Positions 13,601 to 23,430 of a stretch of DNA of 64,000 bases are shown here, piece by piece (the first letter of the stretch is position 1; each line of letters starts with the position of its first letter). The DNA comes from Takakia lepidozioides. Taxonomy: Eukaryota; Plantae; Bryophyta. A program made the position numbers and the translations under genes. The stretch spans positions 1,426,001 through 1,490,000 of the forward strand of contig CM060732.1 in assembly GCA_030704615.1 (NCBI GenBank). Direction: 5' to 3'. The notes beneath the pieces are model-generated. The model was not told the origin of the DNA. It saw nothing but the letters and a program-made list of their open reading frames with translations, and ran no database searches.

Positions 13601-14139
13601 ATTCGCCCTCCCACAGATTTGGGCGTTTCCGACACCCATAAGACCTCGCCACCATTCCAACATGGCAGCGTGACTACTCTCTTGCGGCCATCTATGACCG
13701 CTCCGGATTTGCTCAAAAAGGTCATTCCCAAAATGATATCCACTCCATCGATCTCGCAGATGGTGAAGTTCTCACGTCCCTGCCAACTCCCTAGTTGAAG
13801 AGGAACATCGAACGCCAACCTTGTCGCCAGCTGTGGTTCTCCTTTGGCAGAACGCACCTCAATAGAGGCCCCCACGTCACTTGTCGGGAGTCCCAGCTTT
13901 TGTGCCGTTGCCGGTGTCACGAAGGAGTGCGACGCTCCTGTGTCCACCAACAATGACACGTTAGTTCCGGATATTATCCCATCCACGAACAGTAACTGAC
14001 TCCCTTTACGTAAGGCGCCAGTTTCCTGATACAACTCACAAGAAAATGTGCCTACCTTGCAAGTCCTGGCGACCACCGCTTCCACCAGGCGACTGATGGT
14101 ATCTTCTGACAGCTCTATGGTCGCCCGAGTCATGTTCAA
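10654..14139 (-). CDS. pol: pol polyprotein (aspartic protease, RT, RNase H, integrase, chromodomain), uninterrupted 1161 aa
   Basis: [23 protein letters not shown] zinc finger, DDE integrase, chromodomain. Confidence 0.93.
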   Translation of the reverse strand: MNMTRATIELSEDTISRLVEAVVARTCKVGTFSCELYQETGALRKGSQLLFVDGIISGTNVSLLVDTGASHSFVTPATAQKLGLPTSDVGASIEVRSAKGEPQLATRLAFDVPLQLGSWQGRENFTICEIDGVDIILGMTFLSKSGAVIDGRKRVVTLPCWNGGEVLWVSETPKSVGGRINLLSAREWAVEEAHKPQFLLYIREVKGEGDGEPSPDWIKGILEKYQDVMPEDLPSGLPPRRGVDHKIEVIPGSEPPAKSPYRLSHRELVELKTQLKDLMSKGYIRPSKSPYGAPVLFADKKDGMLRMCVDYRALNKVTIKNRYPLPRIDDLFDRLAGAKYFSRIDLRSGYHQIRVAEGDEEKTACRTRYGSYEFLVMPFGLTNAPATFSTLMNSLFQEWLDDFVIVYIDDILVYSKTKEEHLEHLKRVFQKLQEGKLYAKASKCEFGVTKVEFLGHVITQDGIKMDDRKVRAILDWEPPTLVPRVRSFLGLASYYRKYVRNFAKIAGPLSDLLCKSKVWAWNTFCGQAFAELKQRMAEAPVWKIPEFDRPFEIHTDASDFAIGGVLMQDGRPVAYESKKLNEVERWWPTHEKEMKAVVHCLELWRHYVGSNPVKVFTDNVTVKYFATQPKLSPKQLRWQDTLAVFDVDIQYKPGRDNVVADALSRKQQLMLVHRGEMALQRKIRKACRKDELAKSVMQDLRMGVKSQFHLQNGLLQYKQKRLYVPKGGIRDSLLRECHDSLLAGHGGAKRTAALLKKEYFWPKLREEAEEYVKTCTTCQQNRSEYKKQAGLLQPLPIPEGTWESVSMDFMTAMPLSKGFDAIMVVVDRFNKMGHFIPTKETATAQETGRLYFAHVLKHHGVPKDIVSDRDPKFMSKFWRTLWKKMGTRLKMSTAFRPTTDGQTERVNSVVKQILWNYVSADQSDWVEHLDAVEFCYNNTEHSATGVSPFVLVYGKAPLVPTSWAAQDVEEPAVAAVLEERERLLKLAKYNIAKARKRYERQANRKRREVKFEAGTEVWLNIKNFRLPPEVSPKFIPPYAGPFRIRKVMNEDVYELELPANSKVHPVFPVSLLKPYFKDEARPNRHQVLRSPPVLLDHGNEPEYEVEAVLKLRRFKNRETEYLVKWKGYHHVEASWVRASEMGNASEAVAAFEGRPQKRKKR

Positions 14140-15202
14140 CTATCGGGGCTTCGTGCACTTCTTGACCATGTGCCGGGGCTCCCCGCAATTGAAACACACT
14201 CCATCAAAGGTCGCATTCTGTCCGCCATAAGCCGCTGCACCTGCTTTTCCTTTCGGAGCACCAGGTGCCGCCTTGACGTGTGAAGGCCCTCCCTTCGATT
14301 TCCACGTGCCATTATCGCCGCGTGGCCTATCCCACTTCTTTTCCGATCGGAAAGAGTCACCTTCCCGCCGGGCCTTCTTGTGGTTCAGCTCCGTACGGCC
14401 TTGTCTTTCACCCCTAGGGACATCCGAGAAACATTCCGCCCTCTCAATTGCCTCGTTCAAAGTCTTAGGCGGCTTCTCCTCCAACTTCCGCCTGGCCCAC
14501 GGGGCCAGTCCCGCCACAAAGTTGAAGACCATTTCTGGTTCTGCCTGCTGCTAGAAATAATCAATAAAACATAACCCCGAATGTCATCCGTTTGCTTCAA
14601 ATTCCTCATCTTGTCCCGGGCAAGCCAGGACGCGTTGAAGGGCACAAACTGTCTCTTCATCAATTCCTTGAACCCACTCCAGTTCAAGGTTTCCGGGCTC
14701 GGACCTCGGTCGTGAAGGCGTTTCTGCCACCATTGTTGAGCATAGCCCCTCAAATAGGTGAGAGCCACTTCCACCCGATCCTCGTCACTCAACTTGGCCG
14801 CCCGGAAGTACTGCTCTAGCTCCAGGAGCCAGGTGTTGAGTGCCTTCCGATATTGGACGCCCTCGAAGGTGCCAGGTTCCTTAGGCTTCACCTTAAACTT
14901 TGCCTTAGTGGAAGTGGCATTAGCCGCCTTCAATACGTCTTTCAACGTCCCGCCAAACTGCGCCAACAACCCTTCCCAAAAGGCTGCCGGCATGGGAGAC
15001 ATCTCTTGGTTTGTCGGAGCTCTCAAGGATTCCTCGGGCTCCGACTCCTCGGATTCCTCCTGCTCTTGAGCGGCCTCGTTTTCGGAAACATGCATCGCTT
15101 CCTCAAACGGCCGCCACGGTGACACGTCGCCCCCATCTGGCTCACCAGGATCATCATCTTTTGGGCCGTTCCGCTTCCGCTTCGGCTTGCCCGACCCCAT
15201 GA
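14140..15202 (-). pseudogene. gag: gag, broken by a frameshifting deletion near 14530-14570, with CCHC knuckle
   Basis: Retrotrans_gag-like TYLRGYAQQWW...FKELMKRQF in ORF 14457..15254; CFNCGEPRHMVKKC in ORF 14140..14532. Confidence 0.88.
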
Positions 15203-15239
15203 TGAGGCCAATCCCAAGGATGATCGCGTACTGAACTCT

Positions 15240-15253
15240 AAGCTCTGATACCA
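15240..15253 (-). other. Primer binding site complementary to initiator tRNA-Met
   Basis: TGGTATCAGAGC on the minus strand, 2 nt after the 5' LTR. Confidence 0.93.
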
Positions 15254-15255
15254 AA

Positions 15256-15979
15256 TATCGCGCACCTCACTTCGGTAAGCTCCCCTTCGAGTCATAGTTA
15301 CTCGCTTTGATGCGCGCGCCTGACTCCCAACCTGGCCGCCGGGCCAACTTGGAGCTTCGGTTGCTCACCAGGACATAACGGTCCCCCTTCGCTCCCCCGA
15401 AAGACCCTCCACCTATTTGGGCCTAGTGGAATTCCCTTTGGTAGATGGCAGTCCGGAACAGCTCCCCACTCTTTGGTCGCTTTCCGGCTCGCTCGCTTAC
15501 TCACTAGTTTTTGGTCACCAACGGGCTTGCACCGTTCTCGGGGTTACTACTCCCTATATATACTTCTGTAGCTGTCCGCGGGGGTTCCACAAACAGCCAT
15601 GCCATTTTATGGTGAACCACCACGAAGACCCTCGATTCCCGGTGGTGAGTCGCGGTGAGTCTTGGCCCACTCACCGCGGCCCCAATGGACCGTGATGAGT
15701 CCCAAGACTCCCCACGACTCCCACCTTGAGGTCTCCACCCCATGGTGAGTCCTATGCCACCCCCACTAAGTCCCGCTAAGCTACCACCACCCCTTGTGGA
15801 GCCACCCCCACCGCAACCCGGTGTGCGGGTCTCCGCCTAGTGAGCGCCTCCGCCTCCTTGAGTGCCTTGGGCACTCAAGGGTGCTTCAGCCCCCGTATCT
15901 ATCGCTGCTACTGCCCCCACCACAGGGGCAGCCCCTTCTGTGTCCCGACCCCCTGCCCTCAAGGCAAAGGGCCGCGACA
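15256..15979 (-). repeat. 5' LTR of gypsy copy 2 (inner end mutated CA>TA)
   Basis: Direct repeat of 9030-9755. Confidence 0.96.
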
Positions 15980-15984
15980 CATAT

Positions 15985-17085
15985 TTCATCCATATTTCGG
16001 CGCCGAAATTCATTAACAATATCTCCGTCCGCGTGCAAACCAGCTGAAATCATCCATATTCCGGCGCCGAAATACATCCAGCCCGAACAGTAATCCGACA
16101 CCATGCCCACGCTTTCCTGCCATCAGTGCCCCTCACGGTTGCTGTCCATGCCTGTTGGACTTGCCATGTCTGGACTGTTAAGTATAATTTCGGCGCCAAA
16201 ATGATAGTTTATTTGCGACAACCTCCTGTACGAAAAATGACCACTTAATGGATACGGTTGGTTTCAAATGAAAACAACGGCTAAAATGCAATTAATTATC
16301 CCCTAACCTGAGAAAACATCCCCTTACGTCATAAGATAACGGCCTTTTGAAAGACATAAGGGGTTAAATGTGTCGATTTCTCCATTTAATGCAGAATATT
16401 CGTGTTTTCTCTGTCTGAATGGGTTATTTCATACGAATTTCGGAACCATACATCATCCAGAAGCAAGAAGTAAGTGTCGGGTTCGGATGAATTTCGGCGC
16501 CGAAGTTCATCCGTCGCATGGAAAATGTAATATTGGAGTTACCCTTTGTCAACAGTAGGAATGAATTTCAGCGCCGAAATTCATCGCTCGCAAAGAAAAA
16601 AAATTATTGGAGGGAGGACTTTGCATGAATTTCGGCGCCGAAATTCAGCGCTCGCAAGGGAAAAAAATAATGGAGGGAGGACTTCAGATGAATTTCGGCG
16701 CTGAAATTCATAGGCAGGACAACAAAAGACTTTGGAAAAAACAGAAGAAGAATGAATTTCGGCGCCAAAATTCATCCCTACTGTCCATTCAGGGTTACTG
16801 TCATCCGGATTTCGGCACCGAAATCCGTACACGTGGTGAATCATGACTCTAATGACGAACACATTCATCCGTATTTCGGCGCCGAAATTCACGTTTCCAT
16901 GTGTAGAAACAATTTCATGAAGAACATGTTCATCCGAATTTCGGCACCGAAATCCATACGTTGGGTGCTTGCTCAGTTTCATGAGGTGAACTAATTCCGA
17001 ATTCTGTCGCCGGAATTCATCCCGTGGCTTCCAAATCTGTTACATGACAGAGATGTTCATCCGGATTTCGGTGCCGAAATTCATG
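15985..17085. repeat. Array of ~26-bp palindromic repeats with mostly unrelated spacers, upstream of MULE copy 2 transposase
   Basis: Cores at 15999, 16063, 16192, (16442), 16496, 16570, 16634, 16697, 16761, 16814, 16878, 16943, 17006, 17070. Confidence 0.9.
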
Positions 17086-17331
17086 AGAAGACCTGATTTA
17101 TTGTAGTCCAACTGGTGGTACATCACAATTCAGGCACCCAATTTTCGATGTGAATTTGTTGTGGTCGTCCGTATTTGTCACGTACGTTACACACCTTCAT
17201 CCATACGTGCATTGATCACCTATCCTGCTGGATACAGAATCCTCCAGAACATGATTGTGGTATTATGTAGGACACACTCTTCTCATTGCAGGACTTCGCT
17301 GCGGAGCCTACCGAGAGTTGCTGTCTTCAAC

Positions 17332-20300
17332 ATGGACTCCCGTGTTTGGGTAAACGTGTACTTCCATCCTGATTCTCTGAAAGCTAAAATATACTGCGAC
17401 CAAGGATTTGCGATTGTCACTGAGCAGTACTTGTGTGTGAAGTTCAGGCTCCGCCCGGGTACGGTGTTTTTGGAAGAGGAGACGAATGATGCTTATAGGA
17501 ATTTTCTGGAAAGTGCCGTCATTCTGCATGCAGATTTCTCAGAAAGGGCAAAGAGTGGCGGCTCCCAGCTTCTGAATCCATCCAATACAATGCAATTGGT
17601 GAAATTGTGCCTAAAGAGTTCCCACGCTGGAACTTGGTTGATCCTCCTTCCACAAGAGGGTTTGGCGTGCAAGATGTGAAGTCAGCCATGAGGGATGTGG
17701 GCACCTCTTCACAAGCAGAGAAGCCCAAACATGTGAAAAGGAAAATCGAGGATTTGCCGCTCCATAGCTCGTCGGTGGGTGCACTTTCCAGGGAAACAGT
17801 CGTCCACAACTTATCCAGTGACGATGAAGACTGTATGGTCTTTCCATCGTATGTTTCAAAGTCGTCCGTCAGTAGGAGTGTGCAGATATCGGCAGACAAT
17901 GAGCACACACCCTCGGACTCAACTTCCGTCCGCTTAGTAATCGACATATTGCGGAGGATGAAGATAGCGGGTTCCCGCTCCAGTGACCTTCTTAGGCTTG
18001 ATTACGACAAAATTCCAATCCATTCTGTGGAAACTTTACCTGAAGTTGTGGATGGGAATGCTATCTACGAGTTCACTCCAGTGCCGCTAGGTGCAGGCCC
18101 AGACGGCATGCTGGCATGAATGAACAGGAAACATGATGGCCACCCATGGTGTGTCACCAAAACTTCATTGTCCGATCTGGGTGATGGAGTTCGAGTGAGA
18201 TATGTATTGTGTGCTGGACATCTTAAATGTTTCTCGAGCACATATTACCACTACACGAGGAAAGACACCTGGAATGAGATAGACTGGATTGGCAATTCGT
18301 CGACCCCATTTTGGCCTCAAGGTAGAGTTCCTGCAGGGACTTTCAAGTGTGTCCATTGCAACGCAGCCCCTACGTGCATGGCAGTGTGCAACACCAAGCA
18401 GTACTACGTCGGGACCGTCGGCCCAACGTGCACCAGAACATGCATTCACATCGGAAAGCATGACCACCCCGTCGCCAGAGGCAATTGCAGAGTCACTTTT
18501 CAACAAACCCACGATATTATCAAGGAGGAGGTGAGGTGGAGGCCGGGAGCAAAACCTAAGCACATCCGCACATAGAATTGCAATAGGCAGAATAATGTCG
18601 GAGGACGGAAGCACAAGAGAGAAGCTGGGCGAGGGGGACATGAAGGAGCTGCTGGAAGCTGTCTCCCATGTGTGCAGCCCCAATGTCAGGAACCACATTG
18701 TCGGCTGCAAGAAACGAATCGGAAGAGGATCATACATGCAGTCCATCTTGGAAGTGAAACGCACATGCGGCTACGACTTCATCCAGGGCAACTTCTTTCC
18801 TGGTCAAGGCTCAGAGATGGACATGTGCTTCATATTTAAGATGTCATCGTGCGGACCGGGGAGCGGTGTCGATTTGGTGAAGCGGATGACCAGTGGAGAC
18901 CTCTCAAATTGCTGGGTCATGTTCGACCACATCAGGCGAATTACCAACCACGATTGGGTGACAATGGGGGCACGTGTATACGACCCATATTGCAGAAAAT
19001 TGATGACCATTGCTATCTGTGAAATGAAAGGAGAAGACACAGATTCGGAGTTGCATATGTGGCACGGAATTAATGAGCAAATGGCGAGAGCGAAGTTTTC
19101 CCCTCCCGATTTTAGGGGCTTCATGGCTGACAATGCCCAGGCAAACTGGGCTGCAGTGAGAAGGGTATATGGGGACGACCCAAAGACTCCAATGGAAGGT
19201 AAGGAGAGATCTTGCGGGTTTCACTTCATGCAGAGTTTGACGCAAAACACGAAAAGGTTTGTGGCGTCACGCCACTGGCAGGATCATATCAGTATGTGCT
19301 TTGCGTGGAAAAATGCAAATTCCATCGACAAGGCAAAGACCGAGTTTGCAACCATACGCGCCTGGTGGGTGTCTTCAGGGGCAGTGGATGTGAAAGATCA
19401 GCCAGAACTGCAAACGTGGCTTGCGTGGTGGCACTATAGATTCCGACAGTTTGGAGACTACATGAGACATGTAACACATTTCTGTACTTGATAATTGTTA
19501 TGTTTTGTGCTTGGACATTCTCCACAATGAGTGACATTTCTAATTTCCTTCAACAGGACATGAGCTTGGAGGATGACACGGATATGCCGACGACGAACAT
19601 GGCCGAATCGGTGCACTCTTCCTGGCGTGCTTCCTCTGCGGCACATCTCGTTGACATGTTGACAACAACAACAGAAGATATTGTGAGGGCCTCATGCAAC
19701 AATCTAGTTACTACCAGTTTTTGGGAGGAAAGCAATGGGGTATCGGACCAGACAGGCAGGAGATGCTGATGAGGGCGGCACATCGTTCGACCGATCCCAA
19801 AAAATGGACTGCTGCATTGCGGGAAACAATAAGGTCAACGTCGTTACACAGTCGGGGGAACTGCCTGGAGGGCGATGTCCGCAGCCGGCCGGTGAAGAGA
19901 AGAATTGAGGACATGCCCGGAGGCGACGGCGATTCATAGAGATCAGATACGAACATCTGCACTCAACCTCGGGACGTAATGATGTTGCGTCCCACGCCTC
20001 CTCCCAGCAGGACTCGTACCCCCTCTCCTGCAACATCCATGGAATCGCTGTCAGATTCGGGACAACATCCCGAGGATGAGCATGTTGCTCCTATTATCGT
20101 TACCCAATACAACATTCCAATCGTGGAGCGAGATGTGTCGGCCTCGCAGTGGAGAATTGCACGGACCCGTCTGTCATTTCGTGGCAAATGTTGTGCTGTT
20201 CGTGTCGACACCAACCAGAGATGCAACGAGATGATTCGGAGGAGCCCGCAGGGCGGTGTGCCTGTCCCTTGCTTCACAGGGAGATTTGTGTGCGCAAAGT

Positions 20301-20807
20301 GGAGGCCACACTGAAGGAGTTTTGGTTTTGCAGGCACGACATCATGTCGTGTGTGTTTGGCAAGCCCAAGTATGATGTACAAGGCATGCCTGAACTACCA
20401 GCAGTGTGGCCTGTTGCAACTGGTACAGATCTTACCCTGGAGGAGGCAGACGCTCTAGGATATGCAGGGTTTTGACTGGTGGAGAGGACAGATGTTCCAC
20501 GAAATCCAATTCCCAGTCGTCATCCTCCTCCTACGAGAAGCTCTTCACCCCGCATACCGGTGGGTGACCCCGCAGCTTGGTCCACCCATCGGTGGGGGAA
20601 ACTGAAAAGACGGCGGCCACCAACAAAGGCGAACGACACCAGGGTGGCCAACGCTCTTGCAAGGCCCTGCATAGTGCAAGGTTGTAGGGATGTTCCTCAC
20701 CCCGGGATGGGGCGTATATTTCAGTTGTCAACAGCCGGGTCTGCTGCGCGCAGTGTCGTGTATGCAATCATGGTTTCTCAGTACCCAACCTGCAACTGTG
20801 AGGACTC
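17332..20807 (+). pseudogene. MULE-type DDE transposase pseudogene copy 2; intron 19471-19556; truncated inside SWIM
   Basis: VMFDH (D at 18925), FMAD (19129), CGFH, TTNMAES (E at 19605), GCM-like C...C...CVHC...C...HDHP. Several stops and frameshifts; ends at PTCNCED. Confidence 0.87.
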
Positions 20808-23430
20808 AAGTAATCTTGTGCCTGAAGTCTAGCCACACTCTATCCCTTCGCTTCTTTTTCCCCACACATATGCAGCCATCACAGCCTCCAAACTGTCGGT
20901 GGTACCCTTTGCCCATCATTTGCTCATAGGTATCCAAAGCCTCCATCCCGTGACCCTGCTGGGCATATCTTGCGATCATCACGTTCCATGATACCACATC
21001 TTGTGCAGCCATCTTATCAAACACTGCCTTTGCATCCTCCATGGACCCACATTTGGCATAAAAGTCCACGAGGGTATTGTTCAGAATCACATCTGGTACA
21101 ATTCCAACTTTGGCGATGTCACCATGCACCTCTTTGCCCTTTTCCAAGGCTGCTAGGCTTGCATAAGCATTGCAAACGCACACAAAATGTGATGTGGTTG
21201 CACTCACCCCTTCCCCCATCAATTGCTCATACGTCTCCAAGGCCTCCATCTCGTGCCCCTGCTGTGCATACCCTGCAAGCATCGTGTTCCACGACACCAC
21301 ATCTCGTTCAGCCATAGTGTTGAACAATCCCTTCACATCCTCAATGCTCCCACATTTGGCATACATGTCCACCAAGGCAGAATTCAGAATGACATTGGGT
21401 ACAATTCCAGCTTTGACAATGTCACCATGGACCTCTTTGCCCTTTTCCAGGGCTGCCAGGCTTGCAAACGCTTACAAATGTGACGTGGTTGGGCTTCACC
21501 CCTTCGCAAATCATTTGCTCATAGGTCTCCAAAGCCTCCATCCCGCGCCCTTGCTGTGCATATCCTGCAATCATCGCACTCCACAACACCACATCTCATT
21601 CAGCCATATTGTCGAACACTCCCTTTGCATGCTCAATGCTCCCACATTTGGCATACATGTCCACCAAGGTATTGTTCAGGATCACATCTGGTACGATTCT
21701 AGCTCTGACGATGTCGCCATGCACCTCTTTGCCCTTTTGTAGGGCTGTCAGGCTTGCACACGCACTGCAAACGCACACAAACGTGATGTGGTTGGGCTTC
21801 ACCCCTTCCCCCATCATTTGCTCATAGGTCTCCAAAACCTCCATCCCGCGCCCTTGCTGTGCATATCCTGCAATCATCGCACTCCACAACACCACATCTC
21901 ATTCAGCCATATTGTCGAACACTCCCTTTGCATGCTTCATGCTCCCACATTTGGCATACATGTCCACCAAGGTATTGTTCAGGATCACATCTGGTACGAT
22001 TCTAGCTCTGATGATGTCGCCATGCACCTCTTTGCCCTTTTGCAGGGCTGTGAGGCTTGCACACGCACTGCAAACGCACACAAACGTGATGTGGTTGGGC
22101 TTCACCCCTTCCCCCATCATTTGCTCATAGGTCTCCAAAGCCTCCATCCTGCGCCCCTGCTGTGCATATCCTGCGAGCATCGCACTCCACGACACCACAT
22201 TCCGTTCAGCCATACTGTTGAACACTCCCTTTGCATCCTCGATGCACCCACATTTGGCATACATGTCCACTAGGGCAGTATTCAGGATGACATCTGGTAG
22301 GATTCCAGCTCTCACAATGTCGCCATGCACCTCTTTGCCCTTTTCCAGGGCTGCCAGGCTTGCACACGCACTGCAAACGCTCACAAACGTGTGTGGTTGG
22401 GCTTCACCGCTTCCCCCATCATTTGCTCATAGGTCTCCAAAGCATTCCTACCACACCCATGGTAAATCCTGCCAACATTATATTCCACGTGATCAAAGAT
22501 CGTTGAGATATTCTGTTGAACACTTGGTGAGCATCCATGATGCTCCCGCACTTAATATACATGTTGAGAAGGGTGTTGAGGAGAAAAACATTTGGCGTGA
22601 ATCCACTTTGGATAATGTGAGTGTGCACCTGCTTTCCAACTTCCAGGCCTTTCACCTTGATGCACTTATGCAAGAGACAGAAATGCGTTTCTGAATCTAC
22701 TGAAATGCCTCCTTGGTTTAAAGTCTGTAGAGCCTCTTTCAGTCTGCGTCCCTCAAAGGCATCTTCACATGCCCAGAAGTGCCAGAATAGGCATTGTGGA
22801 CTCCCTCTCTTGATCCTCTTCCAGATGTTGTGGTCTTGGTTGAGGTGCTGCCGCTGCTGTTTCCAGTTGACCATCTACCCACTTGTAGCCGCTGTGCTAT
22901 TAAAGAAGGTGCCCCCTTTCCCCCATTTTCCAGAGGACCCAGGCTTGCACACGCTTTTGCAAACACAAACACCCACGCGTGGTAAATCCTTCCAGCATTG
23001 TATTCCATGAGATCAAAGATCGTTGAGGCATTTTGTTGAAAACTTGGTGAGCATTCATGATGCTCCCGCACTTAACATACAGGTTGACAAGGGTGTTGAG
23101 GAGAAAAACAGTTGGCGTGAGTCCACTTTGGATCATAATGTGAGTGTGCGCCTGCTTTCCAGCTTCCAGACCTTTCATCTTGATGCACTTAAGCAAGAGA
23201 CAAACATACTTATCTAAATCTGCTGAAATTCCTCATTGGTTTAAAGTCTGTAGAGCCTCTTTCAGTATGCCTGCCTCACAAAGCATCTTGACATGCCCAG
23301 AAGTGCCCGAACAGGCATTGTGGACTCCCTCTCTTGATCATCTTCTAGAAGCTGTGGTCATGGTTGAGGTGCCTGATTTGATCATTTGTGCCGCTGCTGC
23401 CGTGGCTTCCAATTGACCATCTACCCATGC
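20808..23430 (-). pseudogene. PLS-class pentatricopeptide repeat (PPR) pseudogene with ~303-bp triplet repeats and a duplicated N-terminal block
   Basis: Repeated LVDMYAKCGS.E.A..VF..M.ERDVVSW..M.AGYAQQG and TFVCVCSACAS motifs; stops and frameshifts; 22440-22880 duplicates 22980-23430; no E/DYW domain present. Confidence 0.92.

Larger units (their letters stand above)
9030..15979 (-). mobile_element. Full-length Ty3/gypsy chromovirus (Galadriel-like) copy 2, 6950 bp, TSD CATA
   Basis: Two LTRs differing at roughly 10 positions, tRNA-Met PBS, gag-PR-RT-RH-INT-chromodomain order. RNase H motifs [12 protein letters not shown] and [16 protein letters not shown] resemble the Galadriel clade. CATA at 9026-9029 and 15980-15983. 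Confidence 0.97.
8690..20807 (+). mobile_element. Mutator-like DNA transposon copy 2 (diverged relative of copy 1), interrupted by gypsy copy 2 and 3'-truncated
   Basis: The palindromic motif GATGAATTTCGGCGCCGAAATTCATC continues on both sides of the gypsy insertion (8703-8916 and 15999-17070) and is followed by a homologous transposase. Left terminus not resolved. Confidence 0.75.

Noticed and set aside
2960-17085. Bona fide CRISPR array, or E2F-site amplification
   Set aside because: No cas genes, eukaryotic TE context and degenerate repeats. The main motif TTTCGGCGC has one base too many for the WTTSSCSS E2F consensus; only rare TTTGGCGC variants fit.
21596-21901. U-to-C editing rescuing the PPR stop codons
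   Set aside because: Such editing is organellar; this is a nuclear sequence that also has frameshifts.
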